Shown one piece after another: positions 50,101 to 57,626 of a stretch of 64,000 bases of DNA. Source of the stretch: Bacillales bacterium UBA3789 (lineage in GTDB: Bacteria; Bacillota_I; Bacilli_A; RF39; UBA660); NCBI GenBank assembly GCA_002369415.1, contig DFEZ01000011.1:145410-209409 (forward strand). Direction: 5' to 3'. The first letter of the stretch is position 1; every line of letters starts with the position of its first letter. The position numbers and the translations under genes were made by a program. A model generated the notes under the pieces. The model was not told the DNA's origin. It saw only the letters and a list, made by a program, of their open reading frames with translations, and made no database searches.

Positions 50101-50895
50101 AAGTAAGTTAGCACTATTATCTTCACAATATGGTGGTATTGTATCTTGATAATCTGCATAACTTCCTGTACCTGTTTCAGCATGTTCATCTAAACTTCCA
50201 CCTGTTGTGTTTCTTGCTAATACTGTTAATCTTACTGATGTTATACCTGTTAAATCAATATATTTTTTAATCTTTTCACTTACGTTTATTTCTGTTCTAT
50301 TTTCTCCATTTAAGACTCCAGAATTATACACTTCTTGGTAATCTGTTTGAGCATCACGTTTTGTAGAAATAACATATGTATAAGATGTAATTTCTGTATT
50401 CTTATTTGTTGCTGATCCTAATATTGTAAATGAGAAACTTGCAACACCAACGTCATTAGAATCAGAGAAAATAATTCCGTTCTTTAATACTGGTGGATCT
50501 ATTGCCTCTTCTATTGGAGGAACTTCACTACCACAATATACATGAGGCTTATAATCATAGGAATTCTTTCCTGTTTTAATTACCTCAATAAATGAATTCT
50601 CCATACAATTTTTACCATCATCACGAATAATATCTTCTGTTAGATATTTTGTATCTTTTAATTCTTGAAATGGTATTTTTATTGACTCTCCAATTCCTTT
50701 TGGAGCCAATTCTTTATTTGCTTGTAAGTAGCTTTTTGCAGCTAAAGTTGCTGATTTTACTTCTGTTATATTTTTTTCATTTTTAGATTTATCAATTACT
50801 CTAGATACTGCAAATATAGTTACTGATGCTAGTATTCCTAAAATAACTACTACTGCTAATAATTCTACTAATGAGAAACCCTTTCTATTATTCAT
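47137..50895 (-). CDS. Giant modular type IV pilin-like protein 1 (prepilin-type N-terminal cleavage/methylation domain + pilin head + Ig-like D-x-A-G-N modules + 4 Cys-bracketed tandem repeats + Cys-rich C-terminal domain)
   Basis: MNNRKG|FSLVELLAVVVILGILASVTIFAV class III signal (G-1, F+1, E+5); pilin head with Cys pair CMENSF...YCG; 1252 aa; own promoter TTGTAT-17-TATAAT at 50918-50946. Confidence 0.8.
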   Translation of the reverse strand: MNNRKGFSLVELLAVVVILGILASVTIFAVSRVIDKSKNEKNITEVKSATLAAKSYLQANKELAPKGIGESIKIPFQELKDTKYLTEDIIRDDGKNCMENSFIEVIKTGKNSYDYKPHVYCGSEVPPIEEAIDPPVLKNGIIFSDSNDVGVASFSFTILGSATNKNTEITSYTYVISTKRDAQTDYQEVYNSGVLNGENRTEINVSEKIKKYIDLTGITSVRLTVLARNTTGGSLDEHAETGTGSYADYQDTIPPYCEDNSANLLKFTQAKPGEWYNRAAYEKAGRGKSIQIKCSDGDGSQCLREIFTQTWPNNQTVNGTQPYLYGAKYAWIYIKDNAGNDGPVKDSLPDDWNDAGDANHRRDETGDYRCLVRVNVDILEPEVNVTVKAKAGDNEPVVASKTVGGLDANGNRRNNSGTIDFNTYKIDAGADENKWFNGSNSPDGPVIHVTTKDNIELASWTWETNVSGVKSKTTYTADEKKVSDANDDSDLGDFQTPTNKFIDDNTYSIDIGLPTDGVRWGKLTVYDRAGNKTVVNINAYVDKTAPNVRRLTVNTSYLQKNDIRAQNGNDYSPATWTNKYVKAYIANNFKNDNVSGFYKGKYNVYDLNGKLLVNEASDTNKNEYYGDKDQTAFVFSKDYQGKDKIEFALCDNANNCSGYIAHKPEIWLDTVAPKCTVERTMNHEKGAEGDGEFSKSDWAGKGETVVVTATCDDVKKEGILSISECSSKVFSHEYKDDINISNGGAAGAGKGGSFTDNAGNTVNCAATKDIKIDHKAPDCTTKVTYSGGDRKTHNNTEDGWLMKGETATVTATCNDKAQKSVVSGCHEEYKTLSNLYNFEIVTTTAGAAGKDEGGTVKDNADNTTKCPANRIVKIDYTKPTCSTTKAEYNSSGQPTTPSNTWLKKGDYVVVTSKCSDKDGGSTCASKTKSHKYTTTTSINISNGGPNGAGVAYTFKDVAGNVSDACPNNQVVKIDAVLPKCSYANCSITSWTNNKNLKLTYGGTDNESGIADDSAKGEIALNTARKTTAVPAFTIKDKAGNEESCAAKTCNTPVDPEPPTPLCGISGSSMSDTGSHDKINNVEYSGISARYYMATTVDYSNPNDIAWSNGWSSSSALNTACGGTTYYNYMLVIDKAGNRSVAKCGYNTTQSCCGENNPKGCVWKTACRAGMTAIYNSSYKDDSTFVGTIYHSLGGRNDRVYVISEDTSWYYGDLYGYVETPYQCWNGNCHWVHIYRNCIGGYNTVCPYSTCPG

Positions 50896-50917
50896 ATCAT
50901 CACCTACTATACAAATA

Positions 50918-50946
50918 ATTATAAAATATTTTTAATTTTTATACAA
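50918..50946 (-). promoter_or_regulatory. Candidate promoter for giant pilin-like gene 1 (TTGTAT-17 nt-TATAAT)
   Basis: Minus strand reads TTGTATaaaaattaaaaatatttTATAAT, 23 nt upstream of the ATG; RBS AGGTGA. Confidence 0.5.
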
Positions 50947-50985
50947 TATAAAAAACTAAATTTTGGCAATTTAGTTTTTTTTAAT
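50945..50985 (-). terminator. Intrinsic terminator after giant pilin-like gene 2
   Basis: AAAACTAAATT-ttggca-AATTTAGTTTT 11-bp stem followed by T-run. Confidence 0.6.
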
Positions 50986-50986
50986 T

Positions 50987-53900
50987 CTATCCTGGGCAAG
51001 TGGCATATGGACAGGCACTATTATTTCCTCCTACACAGTTTGGCCATATATATGCATATGGGGCATTTCCTGCAGGATACCATGATATATTACCACAAGG
51101 TGAATAAATATATAATTTCTTAGAAGCAGAACCTTCTATTAAATATAATCTATCACTACATGATGAGTCTTTTTGATGATATACAGTACCGGCATATGTT
51201 GTTTTTGCTTCACTTGTATAGATGAATGTTCTTCCGTTACGACACGCTGTCTTCCAATTACATCCCCATGGATTAGATTCACCACAACAAGAACCTGTTG
51301 TATATGAACCAGTACATACAAATGATTCTGAGTTACCTGCTTTATCAATTACTTTAATGTGACCATAGTAAGTAGTACCACAACTTGTTCCTAATGCATT
51401 TGATGATTTCCATGCATTTGATGAAGTTGATTGCTTACTACTTGAAGTACTTGATATGTATACGACAGATGATACTCCACTATGTGAATCACTCTTAGAA
51501 TTTACATTAATTTTATTTCCTGACACTGAACATGATCCAGTTGGTTTTGTTTTATCAACTAAAACATTACAACTTGGAGTACATTTTCTTTCGTTACCAG
51601 CAATATCTTTAATTATATATTCATCAAGAGTAAATGATTTAGTTGTTTCAGTAATTGTTCTATCTTTTAGTGTAGTTGCACAACCACTTCCATTTGTATC
51701 TTGGCAACCATATTTAACTGTTCTATTTTGATTTGTCCATGATGTATTATTACAATTTTCTGTATAACAACTTGGTGCTACTGCATCTATTTTTACTGTC
51801 TTATAACCACACATTTTTGTATTTCCAGCTGTATCTGATACCGATTTAGCAACGCCATCTCCTCCAGCTCCAGCTGTTGTTGTATTAATTAGTTTATCTG
51901 TTTGATAAAGTTTGCTGAATGTTTGAGTTGCACATTCACTTCCACCTTGATCAGAACATGTTGCTGTTACTCTTGCAGTTTCTCCTTTACTTAACCAGCC
52001 AGATTCAGTATTATCATGAGTTTTCTTATCTCCACCTTCATATGTGATTGATAAGTTACATACTGGATCAGTTTGATCTATTTTAACTGTTTTATTTGCA
52101 TCACAATTAGTTACATTATCTGCGGCATCTTTTACTGATCCGCCGTTTCCAACATCTATTGCTCCAGCATTATTTATATTTGTTTCTGTGCTATATGTTT
52201 TTGAAAATGGTTGAGTAACACAACCAGAATTAATATCTTTAGTCTCACTACATTTTGCTGTTACTACCGCTTGTTCTCCTTTACTTAACCAACCAGTTGA
52301 TGATAGTTTTCCATCACCTTTGCTGCTATCTGTTACTTCATATTTAATTGAAGTTGTACAAATTGGTGCAGTGTGATCTATTTTTACTGTTTGATTTGCT
52401 GAACAAGGTGCTTCATTTCCAGCATTATCTTTTACTGTTCCACCTTCATTATTACCAGCTGCTCCTGCAGTTGTTGTACTAATTGAATCTTTATATTCAT
52501 ATGAAATCTTTTCATCAACACAACCACTACCTGATTTACCAGCATTTTGATCTGAACATGTACCTGTAACTGTAATTGTTTCTCCTATTCCAGCCCATTT
52601 TGCATCAGATAGATATCCATCTACTTCATCAATAGTCTTATTAACATTTTGACTTACTGAACATACTGGATCTATTGTATCTAACCAAATTTCTTTTACT
52701 TCACTATAAGTTGAACAGTTATTTGCTTTATCACATATTCTATATCTTACACTGTTCTTTCCTTGATAGTTTGAATCAAATGTAAATTCAGTATCTCCTT
52801 TTTTAGTAGCATTATCATTTAGAGAAATTCCATGTCCTCTAACTTCAAATTCTGCTTTGTCAAATCCAGATATTGTATCTTTATGATAGTCTTTATTAAC
52901 GTATGTTTTTACATATTTATTAGTCCATGTTTTAGATTGATAATCTTTATCTTCATCTGCTCCAATATTATTCTTTTTAAGTGTTTTAGTAATTACAGTT
53001 GCTGGTGTATCAGGTCTTGTTCTATCAATATTTGCATAGATGTTAATAACTGTTTTATTACCAGCTCTATCATATACTGTTAATTTACCATATCTTATTC
53101 CTTCACCTTTTAATTGAACAACAAATTCAGATGAAGTTAATCCATTATCATTAATACTTAAGTCTTGTTCTGGGAATGATTCTTCTTTACTATCTGGGTT
53201 TCCTACTTTTATATCTTTAATTATATTTTTATTTTTAACATAATCAGATTTTGATACTCCAGTTTCATTTGTTTCCCATGTATATTTATATAGATGAAGA
53301 TTATCATTTACTTTGATCTTGTATGTTACTCCATCTTTATGTTCTTCATTAAACCAGATCCAGTTTTCATCTCTTGGAGATTTATTTAAATTATATGAAT
53401 TTGCTGTAATAGATGCTATATCATCATACTCATTATAATTTTCATCTGCTCCTCCAGCAGAAACTGTTTTAATAATATTATCATTTGTAATTGCTGTTAC
53501 TTCTACTCTTGGAGATAAGATGTCTACATTAACTCTTACACGGCAGCTTGCTTTTGTTTCTGCATTTGTAAGAGATGAGTTATTTGCATTATCTTTTACT
53601 TCTATATATGCATATTCTGCTCCCCAATAGTAATGTTTTTCTCCTCTATAAATATCATTATTAGGGAATGATTTAGTAAATGTAGTTCTTAAGCAACCAC
53701 TACCTTCTCCATCCCCACATGTTGCTGTTATCTTTCTATATCCGCCTTTAAGGCTTTCAATTGTATGTTTATTTGTCCATTCATTTGGTTTAGCTTCATT
53801 ATCTATTTTTATACATTTAGGAGATATTGTATCTCCATAGTCTCTTTCACTATCTATACCAGTTTGTTTTGTTATTGATGTTATACCACCTTGTTCATTT

Positions 53901-54601
53901 ATAACTGTAATATTAACTCTTACTGATGTTACTGAAACTATATCAACATAATCTACTAATTTATAAGATTTAATAATTTTAGTATTGTGATTTCCTGGAA
54001 CAGATCCACTATTATAAACTTCTTGATATGAAGTATTATCCTCTAACATTGTAGATATTGTGAAACTATAACTATCTATTTCTAATGGATTGTTTTTATC
54101 TTCTGATCCTTCCATTGTCATTGTAAAACTTGCTGATGAAACATCATCGGCATTTGAAAAATCAAATTTTGTTATTACTGGTGAAATTGCTTCTATCTCT
54201 GCTGGTGCTTTTTCATCACCACAATATAGATATGCAGTATAAGAATAGTCAGTTCCTTCTGATTTATAAACTCTAACAAAGCTTTCTTTCATACAAGTTT
54301 CTCCTCTAGAGTTTTTTAAATCACTAGTAATATACTTTGTATCTTTTAATTCTTTAGCAGTAATTATTTTATGTTCACCAATTGCTTTAGGTGCTTGATC
54401 TTTATTGTCTTGTAAATATTGTTTAGCTGCTACTAGCAATGTATCTTTTGCTTCAATATTTGTTTCATTTCTTGCTTTTTCAATATACTTACTTACAGCA
54501 GTTATTCCTACAACTGATAAAATCCCTAATATTACTATTACGGCTAATAATTCAACTAATGTGAACGCTTTACTACTTTTAGTTTTTTGTTCTTTACCCA
54601 T
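50987..54601 (-). CDS. Giant modular type IV pilin-like protein 2 (paralog of protein 1, same architecture)
   Basis: MGKEQKTKSSKA|FTLVELLAVIVILGILSVVGITAV prepilin N-terminus (E+5); head Cys pair CMKESF...YCG; 1204 aa; ends ...CPYATCPG like protein 1's ...CPYSTCPG. Confidence 0.8.
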   Translation of the reverse strand: MGKEQKTKSSKAFTLVELLAVIVILGILSVVGITAVSKYIEKARNETNIEAKDTLLVAAKQYLQDNKDQAPKAIGEHKIITAKELKDTKYITSDLKNSRGETCMKESFVRVYKSEGTDYSYTAYLYCGDEKAPAEIEAISPVITKFDFSNADDVSSASFTMTMEGSEDKNNPLEIDSYSFTISTMLEDNTSYQEVYNSGSVPGNHNTKIIKSYKLVDYVDIVSVTSVRVNITVINEQGGITSITKQTGIDSERDYGDTISPKCIKIDNEAKPNEWTNKHTIESLKGGYRKITATCGDGEGSGCLRTTFTKSFPNNDIYRGEKHYYWGAEYAYIEVKDNANNSSLTNAETKASCRVRVNVDILSPRVEVTAITNDNIIKTVSAGGADENYNEYDDIASITANSYNLNKSPRDENWIWFNEEHKDGVTYKIKVNDNLHLYKYTWETNETGVSKSDYVKNKNIIKDIKVGNPDSKEESFPEQDLSINDNGLTSSEFVVQLKGEGIRYGKLTVYDRAGNKTVINIYANIDRTRPDTPATVITKTLKKNNIGADEDKDYQSKTWTNKYVKTYVNKDYHKDTISGFDKAEFEVRGHGISLNDNATKKGDTEFTFDSNYQGKNSVRYRICDKANNCSTYSEVKEIWLDTIDPVCSVSQNVNKTIDEVDGYLSDAKWAGIGETITVTGTCSDQNAGKSGSGCVDEKISYEYKDSISTTTAGAAGNNEGGTVKDNAGNEAPCSANQTVKIDHTAPICTTSIKYEVTDSSKGDGKLSSTGWLSKGEQAVVTAKCSETKDINSGCVTQPFSKTYSTETNINNAGAIDVGNGGSVKDAADNVTNCDANKTVKIDQTDPVCNLSITYEGGDKKTHDNTESGWLSKGETARVTATCSDQGGSECATQTFSKLYQTDKLINTTTAGAGGDGVAKSVSDTAGNTKMCGYKTVKIDAVAPSCYTENCNNTSWTNQNRTVKYGCQDTNGSGCATTLKDRTITETTKSFTLDEYIIKDIAGNERKCTPSCNVLVDKTKPTGSCSVSGNKINVNSKSDSHSGVSSVVYISSTSSSKQSTSSNAWKSSNALGTSCGTTYYGHIKVIDKAGNSESFVCTGSYTTGSCCGESNPWGCNWKTACRNGRTFIYTSEAKTTYAGTVYHQKDSSCSDRLYLIEGSASKKLYIYSPCGNISWYPAGNAPYAYIWPNCVGGNNSACPYATCPG

Positions 54602-54628
54602 ATCTTTTCACCCTATTTTTACTATTAA

Positions 54629-54660
54629 ATTATATCAAAAACAGAGTATATAAATCAATA
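54629..54660 (-). promoter_or_regulatory. Candidate promoter for giant pilin-like gene 2 (TTGATT-18 nt-TGaTATAAT, extended -10)
   Basis: Minus strand reads TTGATTtatatactctgttttTGATATAAT, about 28 nt upstream of the ATG; RBS AGGGTGA. Confidence 0.5.
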
Positions 54661-54672
54661 AAAAAAAAGAAA

Positions 54673-54882
54673 CTATTCAGCTTCTTTTTTTTCTACTTCT
54701 ACTTTTCCCTTATAGTTACCGCATTTTGGGCAAACTCTATGAGGTTTGATCATTTCTCCACATGATGGACATTTTGTCATTCCTGGAACTTCCATAGCGT
54801 TATGACTTCTTCTTAATCTCTTTCTTGTCTTTGAAACTTTATGGAAAGGAACTGCAAACATTTGAATATCTAATTTCATCAT
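54673..54882 (-). CDS. rpmF: 50S ribosomal protein L32 with unusual 9-aa N-terminal extension
   Basis: [27 protein letters not shown]...CPSCGE...CPKCG zinc ribbon. Strong AAGGAG RBS 9 nt upstream of the first ATG; the internal Met8 has no RBS. Confidence 0.85.
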   Translation of the reverse strand: MMKLDIQMFAVPFHKVSKTRKRLRRSHNAMEVPGMTKCPSCGEMIKPHRVCPKCGNYKGKVEVEKKEAE

Positions 54883-54888
54883 CTTATC

Positions 54889-55368
54889 TCACTCCTTATC
54901 AAATTCTTTTAATAAATCACTGAATGGATTGTTAGATTTATTTAACTCATCTTCATCTATAAGTCTCCATCCATCTCCATGAAATTTACTGAGATCATCG
55001 ACCTTAGTAAATTGTAAGGGGACCTCTAGTACAATATTTTCCCATAAAAACTGAAAAATATCAAGTATATTTTCTCTTTTTTTGCAGTTTTCATCGATAA
55101 TATCATCATATTCTATAGAAAATGGATAGCTTACTTCTTCTAAACTTATTGAATCTGGTATTTTCATTTCACCATTTATCTTACATTCAATGTAGTCTTC
55201 TAATTCACCATCTTCATCTTCTCTTCTTACTATTTTACCTTCTACTTTAATATCATTCAAAGAGATAATATCTGTATTTTCATAATATTCTTTTGGAATA
55301 CTATAGGTATTAGTAATATCTATCATCTTTTCGGTATTACTATGTAATAAACTTAAATCTATATCCAT
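54889..55368 (-). CDS. yceD: YceD/DUF177-family protein (large-subunit ribosomal accumulation protein; conserved partner of rpmF)
   Basis: Position immediately upstream of rpmF; C-terminal NPFSDLLKEF matches the DUF177 C-terminal motif. Confidence 0.55.
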   Translation of the reverse strand: MDIDLSLLHSNTEKMIDITNTYSIPKEYYENTDIISLNDIKVEGKIVRREDEDGELEDYIECKINGEMKIPDSISLEEVSYPFSIEYDDIIDENCKKRENILDIFQFLWENIVLEVPLQFTKVDDLSKFHGDGWRLIDEDELNKSNNPFSDLLKEFDKE

Positions 55369-55377
55369 ATAATCACC

Positions 55378-55965
55378 CTATCTATTCATAGCTATCTTTG
55401 TATCGTCTTCTATTACTTGGATTATTCCATGATAATGACTATCACTTGGAACAATACTATCTTTATCTATCCAAACTCTTATTGTAATAGTTTTTTCATC
55501 TAACGCTTCTATTTCACTATCTAATAGTATTTTATCTTCTAATTCAGATAAGTAATATATTTCATTTGATTTATTATCCTCTTTTACAGATATTTTTATA
55601 TCTTCTTTAGGTATTTGTTTATCATCACATCTATCACTAATTATACTTTCTATATCATCTAGTATTTTTACTTTATAATTAACATTTTCAGTTAAGTTGT
55701 TCTTAATAGATAATACATATGAATTTGATGATAATCCAACTGAGTCAGTTACAGGAGTTGCTTTTGTAATAGATATTTTATCTCCTGATTTTTCATGATA
55801 AGAAATATCTAATGAATCAGAACTAAAATCTATGTCACTACTTCCTGTATATTTATTATATATATATAATGTTGATACTACTGCTACTAATAAAACACAA
55901 GCAATTTGTAGTATGCTTTTAATTAAAAATTTCTTCATACCTGATTTATACATGTTACACCTCAA
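55378..55965 (-). CDS. Hypothetical membrane-anchored protein
   Basis: N-terminal TM (FLIKSILQIACVLLVAVVSTLYIY) and an extracytoplasmic domain. Confidence 0.4.
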   Translation of the reverse strand: MRCNMYKSGMKKFLIKSILQIACVLLVAVVSTLYIYNKYTGSSDIDFSSDSLDISYHEKSGDKISITKATPVTDSVGLSSNSYVLSIKNNLTENVNYKVKILDDIESIISDRCDDKQIPKEDIKISVKEDNKSNEIYYLSELEDKILLDSEIEALDEKTITIRVWIDKDSIVPSDSHYHGIIQVIEDDTKIAMNR

Positions 55966-56024
55966 ATATATATTATATTCTTTTTATTTATTTTTCAATT
56001 AAATAAATGTTATTACTTGTAAAT

Positions 56025-56927
56025 TTACTTAATTATTTTATCAAATACTTCATAGACTGTATCTAAGTCTTTACAACTTACTATGAATCTTCCTGTATGG
56101 CAGAAAGTTAATCCTTTTATGCCAGATACTTCTTGTAGGTCTTTTCCTTCAAGGCCTGCCCATTCTTCTGGAAAATCTAATCTTGCTGTCTTATCTTCTG
56201 TCGATTTAGGTAATGTTTTAATAGCGTATCCTCCTCTATTAGATGGGAATGCTATAAATAATAAATTACTTGTTTTATCACTATTTAAGATAGTCTCCTC
56301 ATATGGAAGATAAGTATTTAATATTATAAACTTATCATTTTCAGTTAAATCGCCTAATAATTCATTTATTTGTTTTTCTGCATATACTTTTCCATTTATA
56401 TATAATATTTCTTCTTCAAGTATTGATCTTGCTAATTTAACTGCTTTTTCAAATTGAGTTGATTCATCTTCATCAGCTAAATAACTTGGATTAAATATTT
56501 TAATTATTCCTGGAAGAGTCTTTACATTATATTTTGCTTCTATTTTAGGAAAGAATCCATTATCATCAGCATCAATATATTCTACTAAATCTTTATCTAT
56601 TCCTAAAAATACATCTTCTACATATTCTATATCTTGCTTTTTTAAGAAGTCTCTTCCAAATTCTTGCCAAAGTAGACCAAAAGCACAGTAAGTTATTCCA
56701 TTATCTCTTTTTACTGCTTCTGGTTGATGATGATCATATTTACCACGACCAACATCATATACTAATGTATTTGGATTAATATTATCTGGAACTAGATTTG
56801 TTCTAAAAACATTTCTTTCTCCTAAATGCATGTCTAAAAAAGCTGTTGCAAAAACTTCGTCTGCATGCATTGTTCCACTATGTGTAATACAATTTGCTTC
56901 TTCCACTTTTTTAACTACTCTTGCCAT
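56025..56927 (-). CDS. MYG1-family metal-dependent hydrolase/exonuclease (UPF0160)
   Basis: THSGTMHADEVFA N-terminal motif (compare THNGTFHCDEA of MYG1); 300 aa. Confidence 0.65.
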   Translation of the reverse strand: MARVVKKVEEANCITHSGTMHADEVFATAFLDMHLGERNVFRTNLVPDNINPNTLVYDVGRGKYDHHQPEAVKRDNGITYCAFGLLWQEFGRDFLKKQDIEYVEDVFLGIDKDLVEYIDADDNGFFPKIEAKYNVKTLPGIIKIFNPSYLADEDESTQFEKAVKLARSILEEEILYINGKVYAEKQINELLGDLTENDKFIILNTYLPYEETILNSDKTSNLLFIAFPSNRGGYAIKTLPKSTEDKTARLDFPEEWAGLEGKDLQEVSGIKGLTFCHTGRFIVSCKDLDTVYEVFDKIIK

Positions 56928-56935
56928 TATATCAC

Positions 56936-57601
56936 CTAATCTCTATTTCTAAACATTAATACTAATCTCATTACTTCTAATAGTGCTGCTGCAGCTGATG
57001 CAACATATGTTAGTGCTGCAGCTGTTAGCATTTTTCTACAATTACTATGTTCTATGTCATCTACAAGATTTAATTCTTTTATTTGTTTTAAAGCTCTACT
57101 AGATGCATTAAACTCAACTGGTAATGTTATTAATTGAAAAGCTAAGATTACAACTTCAAATATAATACCTAGCCATATTAAATTTAATAATCCTAATATT
57201 GCTCCACCTGCAATAGCAATATATCCTGCGTATGAAGCAATATTTACTATTGGAATTAATGATCTTCTTATTCTTAAAAATAAATATCCATTTTTATCTT
57301 GAATTGCGTGACCACATTCGTGAGATGCAACACTAATAGATGCTAAAGATTTTCCTTCATAGATATCAGTAGATAATCTTACTGTTTTAGTTCTTGGATC
57401 ATAATGATCTGTTAGTGTTCCTTGTATCTTTTCTACTTTAACATCTAAATCATTTTCTTTAATTATCTTTTTAGCCACTTCATATCCTGTAATTCTTTTT
57501 CCTGATTCAATTTTACTTGTCTTTTTATAACATGAATTAATATATGCTTGAGAGCCTAAAGTAATTAATAAAGTTAGTCCTAATACTAAATAATAACTCA
57601 T
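56936..57601 (-). CDS. Zinc metallopeptidase (YugP/Zn_peptidase_2-like membrane protein)
   Basis: HECGHAIQ HExxH motif; N-terminal and C-terminal TM segments; 221 aa. Confidence 0.65.
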   Translation of the reverse strand: MSYYLVLGLTLLITLGSQAYINSCYKKTSKIESGKRITGYEVAKKIIKENDLDVKVEKIQGTLTDHYDPRTKTVRLSTDIYEGKSLASISVASHECGHAIQDKNGYLFLRIRRSLIPIVNIASYAGYIAIAGGAILGLLNLIWLGIIFEVVILAFQLITLPVEFNASSRALKQIKELNLVDDIEHSNCRKMLTAAALTYVASAAAALLEVMRLVLMFRNRD

Positions 57602-57626
57602 ATAATCATCCCTTCTATCTATAACA

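Noticed and set aside
48195-50189. Six short ORFs inside giant pilin gene 1: 48195-48398, 48517-48705, 48632-48850, 48855-49058 and 49556-49795 on the plus strand, plus 49986-50189 on the minus strand
   Set aside because: All are alternative-frame or antisense overlaps of the long 1252-aa reading frame, whose repeat and Cys conservation with the paralogue validates it as the real frame.
51139-54653. Short ORFs inside or overlapping giant pilin gene 2 (51139-51348, 51456-51731, 52832-53083, 54405-54653)
   Set aside because: They are antisense or out of frame to the validated 1204-aa ORF. The 54405-54653 ORF spans the pilin-2 start and promoter and has no RBS.
54602-54672. Possible terminator after rpmF (AAGAA-10 nt loop-TTCTT plus T-run)
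   Set aside because: Only a 5-bp A/T-rich stem with a 10-nt loop, partly inside the rpmF coding sequence. It is too weak to call, so read-through from yceD-rpmF into giant pilin 2 remains possible alongside the pilin's own promoter.
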